From the NCBI GenBank assembly GCA_964527765.1, contig CAZGQR010000001.1, forward strand, positions 25,961-89,960: a DNA stretch of 64,000 nt, given 5' to 3'. This DNA comes from an uncultured Planctomycetia bacterium. GTDB taxonomy: Bacteria > Omnitrophota > Gorgyraeia > Tantalellales > Tantalellaceae. This document shows positions 20,526 through 30,016 of the stretch, in pieces (within the stretch, counting starts at the first letter, position 1; every line of letters begins with the position of its first letter). The notes beneath the pieces are model-generated. The model had not been told where the DNA came from and did no database searches. It saw only the letters and a list, made by a program, of their open reading frames with translations. A program made the position numbers and the translations under genes.

Positions 20526-22643
20526 TTAACTAGGCTGCACGGCATTAAAACTGAGACTAAAACGGGTTCCATTCCCAAGCTCACTTTGAACGCTTATATG
20601 CCCATTATTTCTTTCAACGATCTGCTTTACAATAAAAAGTCCGAGTCCGGCACCTCTACCCGGTTCTTTGGTAGTAAAAAACGGATTAAATATCTGACCC
20701 AAATGGTGCTTGCTTATTCCGACACCCGAATCTTCAATATCAATATAGACCCTTTTATTATTGCCTGATGCTCGTATGACGATTTTCCCATTTCCTTTGA
20801 TGGACTGGGCAGCATTTCTTACAATGTTGAAGAATATTTCCTGCAGCTGCTTCCGGTCCGCTGAAATGCATGGGAGGTCTTTTTTGATCTCTTTAGTAAT
20901 AATAATGTTTTCCATTTTTAAATCATGCTCTACAAGAGATATAACTTCATCCAATTCTTTTTCCACCTGAACATTACCCGCCATTTCTCCCTTTGCAGGC
21001 TTTGCAAAAGAAGAAAGTTTTTTAGTTATAACTGTAGCTCTGTCTGTCTCGTTCATAACTTTTTTCATTATTTCCTGCGCCTTTTCAAGTAATTCCTCCG
21101 GACTCTTGCCCTTGTAAACCCCGTCCTTCAGATTTAAAAGAAACATCTCGCATTGCCCGCGCGCTATCCCCAGGGGATTACAGATCTCGTGGTTTATGCC
21201 GGCGGAAAGAGTGCCTATGACTGCCATCTTCTCTCTCTGCGCCGCCTGGGCTTGGGCTTCCGAAAGTTTCTCGAAAAGCTGGGCATTGGTTATGGCTATG
21301 GAAAGCGTCCTTGCGAGAGGCAAAAGTATATCAATATCGTCCTGCGTGTATTCCTCGTCAGATTTCTTTTGCCCCAAAGACAATATTCCAACCATATTTT
21401 TATGGTGCATTAGCGGAATAACCAGAGCCGCGTTTAATTCGTGCATTTTCTTTTCTATATCGGTACCTACAAACTTTTTGCGTGCAGGGTCTTCCAAAAG
21501 AATATGTTTACCACTTCTTCGCATATAGGAAATGAGGTCTTCTTTATCGCTTAATTTATATGTAGTATTTTCTGGTTTACCAGACACCGATGCAGCTGTT
21601 CTGAATCCTTCTTTTCCTTCATCATAAAGCATTATAGAAGCATTATCTAATTTCACTATCTCCGCCAGCTTATTTACCGTAAGATTAACCAGCATGTTAA
21701 GATCAAGAACCATAAGTACCTCGTCAGAAAATGTTCTCAAAAGCTGCCTATAATCATATTTTTTCTGGAATAAGTACTTATCGGTAGTATTTCTTAAGAA
21801 ACTTTCAAGCGGACGAAGCATGAGAACCACTATCAATATAGAAGGTACCATTGCAATCCAGCGATTTCGAACCACATTTTCGAATACGGCAGATCCCAAA
21901 TAAGCAAAGCTCGCAAAAACCGCATAAGCAGCTACAAAAAGACCGGCAAAAATGAGGGTCTTTTTGACAATGACCTCGATGTCCATGAGCTGGTGCTTAA
22001 CAATTGCATATGCTACAATCCCTATATACACGCTTATCAAAATATTTGCATATGGCGGGAACTTTAGTCCATACCACAAAGGCCAATTATTTGCCCCTCC
22101 GAAAAAACCCACTATAGCTGCTAAAGTAAAATATCTTATTTGCATTTTGCGTCTAGAAGATCCAATATTTGCATTTTTCACCAAAAAAAAGAATCCGTAA
22201 AAACATTGAAAAAACCAAAACAATAAATAGAAATTAAAAAGAGTGGTTGGCTCTGGCCAATATCCAAAATTATATTTAGTGACAATATTGTGATATAAGT
22301 CCCCATGTATATTCGCCGCTATAAAGTAAATATTTAATAAGGCACATATTGCTAAAGATCGCTTTTGTTGCTCAAATATATTTAAAAAAACAAAAACAAA
22401 AAACAAATAAGCTAAACTTATTAGGATAAAACCTGTTACCAATATTTTAAACCAGAAAACAGCCATGTTTTTAGGTTCAGCAATTTGCCAAAAAAAATAA
22501 CCCAGGCTATAAAGAGCTACGCTTGCGTTTAACCAAAAATAAACAATATTTTGTATATTTCTTTTATTTTTTAAAAAAACAAAAATACCTAAACTAATAC
22601 AAGCTAAAAAATTTAGCATCCCTGTTAATGCCAAATAAGTCAT
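20526..22643 (-). CDS. Sensor histidine kinase: polytopic N-terminal membrane domain (HisKA_7TM-type) + GAF + HisKA + HATPase_c
   Basis: 705 aa with at least 7 TM helices and a GAF-like region. The H-box is INHEICNPLG and the ATPase motif is GAGLGLFIVKQIV. It is a paralog of the 16758..18383 kinase. Confidence 0.8.
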   Translation of the reverse strand: MTYLALTGMLNFLACISLGIFVFLKNKRNIQNIVYFWLNASVALYSLGYFFWQIAEPKNMAVFWFKILVTGFILISLAYLFFVFVFLNIFEQQKRSLAICALLNIYFIAANIHGDLYHNIVTKYNFGYWPEPTTLFNFYLLFWFFQCFYGFFFLVKNANIGSSRRKMQIRYFTLAAIVGFFGGANNWPLWYGLKFPPYANILISVYIGIVAYAIVKHQLMDIEVIVKKTLIFAGLFVAAYAVFASFAYLGSAVFENVVRNRWIAMVPSILIVVLMLRPLESFLRNTTDKYLFQKKYDYRQLLRTFSDEVLMVLDLNMLVNLTVNKLAEIVKLDNASIMLYDEGKEGFRTAASVSGKPENTTYKLSDKEDLISYMRRSGKHILLEDPARKKFVGTDIEKKMHELNAALVIPLMHHKNMVGILSLGQKKSDEEYTQDDIDILLPLARTLSIAITNAQLFEKLSEAQAQAAQREKMAVIGTLSAGINHEICNPLGIARGQCEMFLLNLKDGVYKGKSPEELLEKAQEIMKKVMNETDRATVITKKLSSFAKPAKGEMAGNVQVEKELDEVISLVEHDLKMENIIITKEIKKDLPCISADRKQLQEIFFNIVRNAAQSIKGNGKIVIRASGNNKRVYIDIEDSGVGISKHHLGQIFNPFFTTKEPGRGAGLGLFIVKQIVERNNGHISVQSELGNGTRFSLSFNAVQPS

Positions 22644-24016
22644 ATTATTTCTTTCCTAATAATGAAAAATAAAATAATGCCTGATTTATCTCTATGAACA
22701 TCAACATTTATTTTCCTTGCCTGTAAACTTTTTTTTATTAAGTCATCTAAATTTTTTCTAGCTCTAAAATAAAAATTCCAATCACAGAACCAATTTGGAG
22801 GTAATGGCTTGTATTTTAACGTATCTTTATGCGCGATAATTAAACGTCCCGCTTCAGCCACATATTTATCAAACCATATATTTAATAACTTTCCTGATAT
22901 TCTATCGGGCAGATAATCCATTAAACCTGTAGTATAAACCAAATCATTTTCCCCTATAATTTTAGAAAAATTTGCTCCATTAGTTATAAATTCCAAAACA
23001 TCATTTTTAAAATAATTAAAGGATGCATAGCTACTGAACTTTTCTACTGCTCCCCTTGTAAATAAAACAGCTTCACTATCTTGATCGAGCAAATTTATAA
23101 TAATTTCTTTTCCATTATCTTTGATTTTCTGTAAAAAATGGGCATCATGAAATAACTCTCTGATTTCTTTGCCGGAACCACACGCAATATTTAAAATTCT
23201 TACTTTTTTAAGAGGTGTATTTAAAATAAAGGTTTTTAAATAGTCTCTCATCCAATCCTTCCTCGATCTAACCGCCACTGCATATTTATTATTTTGAAAA
23301 TATACATCAAAACAGCGCCCAATTCCCTTTGACAGAACTTTAGTATCATATATATGTTCCATAATTCTATAATCACCAGGATATCCCCTAGGCTTATCAT
23401 AAGATCTCTTAACGATGTAACTTTTATAAGCCCAACAGCTCACTAATTCTCGAAATTCTTTCTTAATCCTTCGCACAACTATTTTGTTACTAACAGAATT
23501 TTCAAATTCATTAGCCTTTTCCATAATGTCTTCTGTTAAACTATGCAATAATCTTTCGGCTTCTGTTTCTTCAATCATATTGTGTGCAATTTTATTCATT
23601 AACTCAAATAAATCGAAAAAATACTGTAATACATATTTCGAAAAAATTTTTACTTGTCTTCGCTCATTTTTATTTTTGACTTCCCTTATTACATCCTTGA
23701 ATTTTCTAAATATTAAACTTTTTCGAATTAAATTAAGTATTTCAATATCAATATCCTCATATTTAGCCCCATAAACATATTTCCATTCTTTTGAAATTTC
23801 GCGCTCCCATATGATGTTAAACTTTATGTGCACTTTGCCATACGGCAACTTTAAGTCCCCAGATAATCTTGATGATTTTAATTGCTGCATTGTCACAAAA
23901 CACAATCCATCATCATTCAAATTAATACTTCTCGCACATTGCTTTCCCAACTTTAAAGGAAATTCTGATTTAATTCTTGGGGTCATTCTGTTATCAATAG
24001 TCGCAATCTCAAACAT
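22640..24016 (-). CDS. Putative PilZ-like N-terminal domain fused to a class I SAM-dependent methyltransferase
   Basis: ORF track 22640..24136, but the first 120 nt overlap the upstream HTH gene in another frame. The likely start is MFEIATIDNR at 24016, whose ATG overlaps the HTH stop (ATGTTTGA). The N-terminus has RMTPR (RxxxR) and INLNDDGLCF, a degenerate D/NxSxxG. The C-terminus has methyltransferase motif I (VRILNIACGSGKEIREL) and a post-I acidic residue (LLDQD). About 29% GC. Confidence 0.5.
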   Translation of the reverse strand: MFEIATIDNRMTPRIKSEFPLKLGKQCARSINLNDDGLCFVTMQQLKSSRLSGDLKLPYGKVHIKFNIIWEREISKEWKYVYGAKYEDIDIEILNLIRKSLIFRKFKDVIREVKNKNERRQVKIFSKYVLQYFFDLFELMNKIAHNMIEETEAERLLHSLTEDIMEKANEFENSVSNKIVVRRIKKEFRELVSCWAYKSYIVKRSYDKPRGYPGDYRIMEHIYDTKVLSKGIGRCFDVYFQNNKYAVAVRSRKDWMRDYLKTFILNTPLKKVRILNIACGSGKEIRELFHDAHFLQKIKDNGKEIIINLLDQDSEAVLFTRGAVEKFSSYASFNYFKNDVLEFITNGANFSKIIGENDLVYTTGLMDYLPDRISGKLLNIWFDKYVAEAGRLIIAHKDTLKYKPLPPNWFCDWNFYFRARKNLDDLIKKSLQARKINVDVHRDKSGIILFFIIRKEII

Positions 24017-24209
24017 CTTTTCCTCTGCTACTTTTTTGACTTTTTTCCTGTTTTTCAATCCACTCATCGATCGTTTCTTTTTTGAAGCGCCATTTGGAGC
24101 CAACTTTGAACCCGGGGATCTTGCCCTCCTGGGCATGCTTGTAAATTGTGACGACTTTCATCTTGAGATAGTCGGCCAATTCGTTAATTGTCATTACTGA
24201 ACTCGCCAT
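24009..24209 (-). CDS. Excisionase-family (MerR-like) helix-turn-helix DNA-binding protein
   Basis: 66 aa: MTINELADYLKMKVVTIYKHAQEGKIPGFKVGSKWRFKKETIDEWI, the typical excisionase/Xis-type HTH. Confidence 0.65.
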   Translation of the reverse strand: MASSVMTINELADYLKMKVVTIYKHAQEGKIPGFKVGSKWRFKKETIDEWIEKQEKSQKSSRGKDV

Positions 24210-24580
24210 ATTTCCCCCTATGATAAATTGATTTAATTTACTATATTGTGCTTTTTACTGCTGTTTATTGATATAGAATGGTTTAATTTAATATGGTTTA
24301 ACATAGATTGTAAAATCGCGAAATAATATATAATCATAAAACCACTATAAACTGTGGACTTTTCAACAAAAAAACTATTACGATTTGCTACCTTTTGGTG
24401 TATTTTCCGACAATTTACCCTAATCTTTTATAGATTGGTACAAATTGGTCGGCGTTGTTAAAGTATAATGGGGAAAAGACAAAAGTCAAGAGCATGAAAA
24501 AAGTTTTTGAGTATATACCCATTTGATGTGGACCACTTTTTACGGTACACAATATATGGTGTTAAAAATGGCCTTAAAAA

Positions 24581-25030
24581 TTAGAATATTTTGAGGTATA
24601 GCAGAATTTGCAGAATCAGATTGGTGTATATAGCAGCTACAAGATCATCCAGCATTATCCCCCATCCCCCGCCCATTTTTTCCACGGATCTCATGGGAGG
24701 AACCTTTATAATGTCTATAATTCGGTACAGGATAAAGCCAGTAAGAATGGTGGAAGTCCTAATAGGAACGAAGAGAAACACAAGAAATATAGAGGCGAAT
24801 TCATCAATAACAACGATCGAGGGGTCTTTGTAGCCAATTTCCGCTTCCACCTTGCCCGAGGATACTGTGCCGGCGATAAAAAAGACGGCAAAAGCAATCA
24901 AATATATGACCAGATTTCCGTGCAGGGCCAGGCAAAGGACCAGACCGGCCAGGCTTCCCAGCGTACCCGGGACAATACTGATACGGCCTATCCCCAATAC
25001 AGTTGCGATAAGATCATGTGCCTTTTTCAT
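24581..25030 (-). CDS. pgpA: Phosphatidylglycerophosphatase A
   Basis: 149-aa membrane protein with a GIGRISIVPGTLGSLAGL motif. Confidence 0.75.
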   Translation of the reverse strand: MKKAHDLIATVLGIGRISIVPGTLGSLAGLVLCLALHGNLVIYLIAFAVFFIAGTVSSGKVEAEIGYKDPSIVVIDEFASIFLVFLFVPIRTSTILTGFILYRIIDIIKVPPMRSVEKMGGGWGIMLDDLVAAIYTNLILQILLYLKIF

Positions 25031-25604
25031 TGAACAGATATTTTCTGCTCCCTATCAGATAAGAAACACCGCTTACTATGGTCAACGTGACAGTTATGAG
25101 CATGAGTATAAAAATAAGCTGTCTGTACCAATATTCGAAGGAGGGATTCCAAAAGCCAAATGTCCGCACGCCCGATTCCTTGATCACGATGAATATCAAT
25201 ATCACGAGTATGGACAGCATCTGCGAGACAGTTTTTTGCTTGCCTCCTGCTCCCGCGGGGAGAACTTTATTGTATTTCAAGGCCACAACGCGGATGCTGG
25301 TGATCACAAATTCCCTCATGATGATGATAACCACCATCCATGCCGGTATAAGTTTCATCTCCACGAACGCAAGAAAAGCGGCAAGGACCAGTATTTTGTC
25401 CGCCACGGGATCCATGATCTTGCCGAAATCGGAAATGGTATTATATCTTTTAGCAAGAAACCCGTCCAGATAATCGGTAAGAGCGGCAATGATAAAAATA
25501 CCCAGCGCGGCGACCTTACAGAACACCCCCTTCGAGAAAAGAAAGATCATGAACGCAAAGGTCAATATTATCCTGGTCAGCGTGATCTTATTGGGTAAAT
25601 TCAT
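25014..25604 (-). CDS. pgsA: CDP-diacylglycerol--glycerol-3-phosphate 3-phosphatidyltransferase
   Basis: 196 aa with the CDP-alcohol phosphatidyltransferase motif DYLDGFLAKR...DPVADK. Confidence 0.8.
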   Translation of the reverse strand: MNLPNKITLTRIILTFAFMIFLFSKGVFCKVAALGIFIIAALTDYLDGFLAKRYNTISDFGKIMDPVADKILVLAAFLAFVEMKLIPAWMVVIIIMREFVITSIRVVALKYNKVLPAGAGGKQKTVSQMLSILVILIFIVIKESGVRTFGFWNPSFEYWYRQLIFILMLITVTLTIVSGVSYLIGSRKYLFNEKGT

Positions 25605-26932
25605 ACAGCTTCTCCGATAAGGTCATATTCCATGGTCCCGGTTATGCGGACATCCGCGAATTCGCCGGTTTTCACGTTGCTTCCCCTGACGTATATCACC
25701 CCGTCTACCTCAGGGGCGTCCATCTGGGCCCTTCCCACGAACTGCTCCGGATCAGCGGGGTCTTCTTCATCTATCAGCGTCTTCAGTTTTTTATCAAGAA
25801 ATTTCAGGTTGTTCCCGGCGGATATCTTTTGCTGGAGCCGCATAACCTCGTCAAACCTTTCCTTCTTTATTTCATCCGGGACCTGCCCCTCAAAGGTAGC
25901 CGCCGCAGTACCTTCTTCCCGCGAATAGATGAACGCTCCGAGACGATCGAAGCTGCTATCTTCCAGAAAATCCAGAAGTTCCCTGAACTCATCTTCGGTC
26001 TCGCCCGGGAACCCCACGATCACGGAGGTCCGTATCGTAACTCCCTCGATCTGCTTTCGGAGGCGTTCGACCAGCATTGCGATATCGGTCTTTCCCGTAC
26101 GCCGGTTCATGCTCCGTAATATCCTATCATTTACATGCTGTATCGGCAGGTCCACATATTTGCATATATTTGCCGTATCTGCAAGAACTCCTATTAGTTC
26201 GTCCGTGAAATGCGCGGGGTGAGTATATAAAAGCCGTACCCAGCCGTCTTGCATGGTCGGGCTTATTTCCTGCAGGAGTTCTGCAAGTTCCGTTCTTCCT
26301 GTCCTGTCGATACCAAAAGAGGTAGTATCCTGCCCTATCAGTATAAGTTCCTTTATGTCGTGCACGGCCTTCAGCTTTTCTATTTCCGTCATGACGGATC
26401 CTATTGTCCGGCTGCGGCACGGTCCTTTCAGCTGCGGTATTATGCAGTACGAGCACCTATTGGAACATCCTTCCTGTATCTTGACATACGCCTGGTGCGG
26501 TGGGGTCAGGATCTTTCTTTCATAGAGATGGCCGTAAAGAAAATCGGGCTTTGGATCCACTTCTTTTATCTTCCCGCCGGAAAGAAGTGAATCCATCATG
26601 CCGGGTATTTTCGTAAAATCGGCGGTCCCGAACACCCCGTCTATTTCCTTTATCTCATCCATGAGCTCGTCCGGATGTCTCTGGGACAGGCAGCCGGCTA
26701 TAACAAGCTTTTTTATCTTCCCGTTTTTCCTCAGATCGGCCAGCTGAAGGATCAGGTCGATCGATTCCTGCTTGGCATCCTGGATAAAACCACAGGTATT
26801 GATTATAGCTATGTCCGCGCCTGCGGGAACCTCGACGATGCTGAAACCTGCCTGCTCAAGAAGCGCGAGCAGAACTTCACTGTCAACTAAATTGCGGGGG
26901 CAACCGAGACTTAAAAGATAGGCGGTTTTCAT
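25601..26932 (-). CDS. rimO: Ribosomal protein S12 methylthiotransferase RimO
   Basis: 443 aa with the RimO N-terminus LSLGCPRNLVDSE, a radical SAM motif CSNRCSYC and a TRAM domain. Confidence 0.9.
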   Translation of the reverse strand: MKTAYLLSLGCPRNLVDSEVLLALLEQAGFSIVEVPAGADIAIINTCGFIQDAKQESIDLILQLADLRKNGKIKKLVIAGCLSQRHPDELMDEIKEIDGVFGTADFTKIPGMMDSLLSGGKIKEVDPKPDFLYGHLYERKILTPPHQAYVKIQEGCSNRCSYCIIPQLKGPCRSRTIGSVMTEIEKLKAVHDIKELILIGQDTTSFGIDRTGRTELAELLQEISPTMQDGWVRLLYTHPAHFTDELIGVLADTANICKYVDLPIQHVNDRILRSMNRRTGKTDIAMLVERLRKQIEGVTIRTSVIVGFPGETEDEFRELLDFLEDSSFDRLGAFIYSREEGTAAATFEGQVPDEIKKERFDEVMRLQQKISAGNNLKFLDKKLKTLIDEEDPADPEQFVGRAQMDAPEVDGVIYVRGSNVKTGEFADVRITGTMEYDLIGEAV

Positions 26933-26940
26933 GTGCAGAC

Positions 26941-27738
26941 CTATTTGAGACGAGTGACCCAGGTGTCACCGATCCTGATCCCGCCTGAGGAAATTTTTAT
27001 ATTCTTCACAACCCCGGCGGCGATTTTGCCGATCCTGCGGTTATTAACAGTAAAATCCAATTTATCCGCTTTACCGGTCCACACGGTAAGGGTCCCGTCC
27101 GATTTCCAGGTCTTTGAATCTCCCTTTTCAAGGACTCCTTCGAAGATTTTGTCCTTTTCACTGGTAACTTGCAGCCATGCATCTTCGCGGGCTTTCAGGG
27201 TAAGCGTAACAGAAGCGCTTGTCCGTGCGGCCGGAGCAATACGCTTTGAGACTTTTTCTTGTGTTTTGGCAGGCGCGGCCGTTATCTTTTTCGCCGTAAC
27301 TGCCGTTTCTTTCGTCTGCCGCGAGAGCATCATTTTTGATTTCATCATACCTATGAGCACAAAGATCAAAAACACGAGAATAACTGAGAGTATAGCCGCG
27401 AGCGCCATCTGCAGCCTTTTCTCCGTGAGCGCGCCAAGGACCTCATCCTTTTCCTCTTTCTCTTTTGCTCCCAGATCAAATTCCCGCCCCGATATGGTGG
27501 GAGCGATCGATTCGTATTCTTTCATCACGTTGTCGGGGTCCAGCCCGAGAACTATGGAATACTTTTTCAGAAAGCTTTTCACGTACAGTTTTCCGATCCT
27601 GTCGAACACGCCGTTTTCAATATCCTTGATCACGGCCGGGTGTATGCGGCTTTTCCTATAGGCGTCTTCCACGCTCAGGTTAAGCTTTTCCCTTGCTTCT
27701 TTAAAAATATTTCCGATCTCTTTGGATGTCGTTGCCAT
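26941..27738 (-). CDS. rodZ: Cytoskeleton protein RodZ
   Basis: 265 aa with an N-terminal XRE HTH, a single TM helix and a C-terminal beta domain (DUF4115-like). Confidence 0.7.
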   Translation of the reverse strand: MATTSKEIGNIFKEAREKLNLSVEDAYRKSRIHPAVIKDIENGVFDRIGKLYVKSFLKKYSIVLGLDPDNVMKEYESIAPTISGREFDLGAKEKEEKDEVLGALTEKRLQMALAAILSVILVFLIFVLIGMMKSKMMLSRQTKETAVTAKKITAAPAKTQEKVSKRIAPAARTSASVTLTLKAREDAWLQVTSEKDKIFEGVLEKGDSKTWKSDGTLTVWTGKADKLDFTVNNRRIGKIAAGVVKNIKISSGGIRIGDTWVTRLK

Positions 27739-27743
27739 CTTTC

Positions 27744-30005
27744 CTATTCTTCGCTTTTCTCTACTTCTTGCATTTCCTCGATCTCACTCATGTCGTTTAC
27801 CAGGATCTCCCTAGGTTTTGAGCCGTTATAAGGCCCGACTATGCCCTCTTCCTCCATTATATCTACCATCCTGGCCGCCCTGGTGTAACCCACTCTGAGT
27901 TTTCTCTGGATCATGGAAACCGATGCCTGTTTGGTCTCTACAACTATCCTTACCGCCTGCATGTAAAGCTCGTCCTTTTCCTGCTCGACGCCGGTTGCTT
28001 TCTTTTCCTGTTTTACTACGGCTTCCTCAATATACTGCGGGCCTGCCTGGGCTTTAATGAACTTCACTATGTTCCTGAGCTCGCTGTCCTCCACCAGACT
28101 GCACTGGCCTCGGATAAGCGCGGTCTCTCCGGGTTCCATGAGCAGCATGTCCCCTCTTCCCAGTAGTTTTTCCGCTCCGTTGGTGTCCAAAACGGTCCTT
28201 GAATCGACTTTTGACGCCACTTTAAATGATATCCTCGCCGGGAAATTCGCCTTAACCACACCGGTTACGACATTTACCGACGGCCTTTGAGTGGCAAGTA
28301 TCATGTGTATGCCTGCCGCGCGGGAGAGCTGTGCAATCCTCATTATCGCGCCTTCCACATCCTGCTGGGCAATTATCATAAGATCCGCAAGTTCATCCAC
28401 TATAACTATAATGTAAGGCAGATTTTCATCCCCTTCTTTCATCTTCTCCTTGTAGGCGGCGATGTTCCTGACGCCTTTTTCCGCGAATATCTCGTAGCGC
28501 CTTTCCATTTCACTGACTACCCAGCTCAAAGCCGCGGCCGCTTTTTTCGGATTGGTCACTATCGGAGAGACTAAATGCGGTATCCCCTCGAACATCATCA
28601 GTTCCACCCGCTTTGGATCTATCATCAGGAATTTCAGTTCATCCGGAGAAGCATTGAACAGAAAACTGCTGATGATGCCGTTGAGGCACACGGTCTTTCC
28701 CGAACCGGTAGCTCCGGCTATTAACAGATGGGGCATCTTCGAAAGATCCGTGATCATAGGAGCGCCCGAAATGTCTTTCCCCAGAGCGAACTTAAGCGAA
28801 GAGTCCTCTTCATTATATTCTGTTGTCTCCAATATATCCCTGAGCAGAACAAGCTCACTTTTCGCGTTCGGCACTTCAATGCCAACGGTTCCCTTCCCAG
28901 GAAGCGGAGCAATGATCCTTATGTTCGCGGATTTCAGGGCAAGGGAAATGTTGTCGCTCAAGGAAGTGATCCTGTTGACTTTTGTGCCCACGGCAGGTTC
29001 CAGCTCGTACATAGTTATAACGGGTCCCCTGTTGATCTCGACCACCCTGGCTTCTACACCGAACTCAAGAAGCGTATTCTCAAGAATAGCGGCTCTTTTT
29101 TTCAGGTCCTCTTCCCGTTCTTTTGCTCCGCTCGCAGACGGCCTTTTCAAGAGATCCAGGTTCGGCAGTTTGTATTCTACCTTTTCCCCGGTCGAGGTAT
29201 CTGAGACGGGAGCAACACGAACCGGTTCTGCTGACACTTTTTGCGTACTGGCGGGAGCGACTATTTTAGGTCCGGCGCCGGCCGGTTTGGATCCCGGCTT
29301 TCTTTCGGTCCTGCGCGCCAGGGACGTTTTCCGAACCTCTTCTACCTGGCTTTTCATGGTTTCAAGCTTTCTCGCGATCTCTTCCTTGGCGGCTTTGAGC
29401 TTACTCCTCGGCGGCCTCGTATCGCCGACGGATACGGACGATCTTTCCGGAAACCATGACCCGATCCGTGAAGGTATCCTCGCGGCAAACTTGAACGCGG
29501 CCATCAGGATGGGCAGAATGAGAAACTCGGTCGCTATCAACACGGACAGGACTATCAAGGCGACAATGAAAACCGTCGCTCCGACCTTGCCCAGATATTC
29601 GAAAAGAAAGTTTGAGACAAGAGTTCCAACCAATCCGCCCTGCGAGAATGACATCGTCCGGCTCAGGTCAGCCAGCATGCTCAGACTCGCGCTGACAGCC
29701 ATGACAAGAACGATCGTCCCGAAAAGTTTGAAATAAAACTTCCGCGCTTCCAGCTGAAGCAAGCGGGATATGCCCCATACCAGAATAAGCAAGGGAATGA
29801 CATACGCCGCTTTGCCCACGAAAAACAATAGGACTCCGCCGACATACGAACCGACGATCCCCGTAACGTTCTGCGAGGCAAGATTGGGACTGCTGGTATA
29901 GAAAGAAAGGTCCTGTTCGCTGAAAGTAAATATGCTCAAAAAGAGAAAAAGACTCGCCGCGAACAATATTACCGCTATGATCTCGTTTTTCCTTACCTGA
30001 TCCAT
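27744..30005 (-). CDS. ftsK: DNA translocase FtsK/SpoIIIE
   Basis: 753 aa with an N-terminal 4-TM domain, a Pro/Ala-rich linker, a motor domain (P-loop GATGSGKT, Walker B VIVDELADLM) and a C-terminal gamma wHTH. Confidence 0.9.
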   Translation of the reverse strand: MDQVRKNEIIAVILFAASLFLFLSIFTFSEQDLSFYTSSPNLASQNVTGIVGSYVGGVLLFFVGKAAYVIPLLILVWGISRLLQLEARKFYFKLFGTIVLVMAVSASLSMLADLSRTMSFSQGGLVGTLVSNFLFEYLGKVGATVFIVALIVLSVLIATEFLILPILMAAFKFAARIPSRIGSWFPERSSVSVGDTRPPRSKLKAAKEEIARKLETMKSQVEEVRKTSLARRTERKPGSKPAGAGPKIVAPASTQKVSAEPVRVAPVSDTSTGEKVEYKLPNLDLLKRPSASGAKEREEDLKKRAAILENTLLEFGVEARVVEINRGPVITMYELEPAVGTKVNRITSLSDNISLALKSANIRIIAPLPGKGTVGIEVPNAKSELVLLRDILETTEYNEEDSSLKFALGKDISGAPMITDLSKMPHLLIAGATGSGKTVCLNGIISSFLFNASPDELKFLMIDPKRVELMMFEGIPHLVSPIVTNPKKAAAALSWVVSEMERRYEIFAEKGVRNIAAYKEKMKEGDENLPYIIVIVDELADLMIIAQQDVEGAIMRIAQLSRAAGIHMILATQRPSVNVVTGVVKANFPARISFKVASKVDSRTVLDTNGAEKLLGRGDMLLMEPGETALIRGQCSLVEDSELRNIVKFIKAQAGPQYIEEAVVKQEKKATGVEQEKDELYMQAVRIVVETKQASVSMIQRKLRVGYTRAARMVDIMEEEGIVGPYNGSKPREILVNDMSEIEEMQEVEKSEE

Positions 30006-30016
30006 ATCCGTCCTTA

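Noticed and set aside
24016-24136. ORF-track N-terminus MPRRARSPGSKLAPNGASKKKRSMSGLKNRKKVKKVAEEK of the 498-aa ORF
   Set aside because: It overlaps the excisionase-type HTH gene in another frame, and the internal ATG at 24016 is translationally coupled to the HTH stop. The extension is low-complexity and basic.
24009-24209. Excisionase-family HTH as evidence of a prophage
   Set aside because: No integrase, capsid, terminase or other phage genes occur nearby. The protein is more likely a small regulator of the adjacent signalling genes, although the island's deviant composition is reported as a finding.
28552-29736. 394-aa plus-strand ORF inside ftsK
   Set aside because: A shadow ORF of ftsK, with no independent support.
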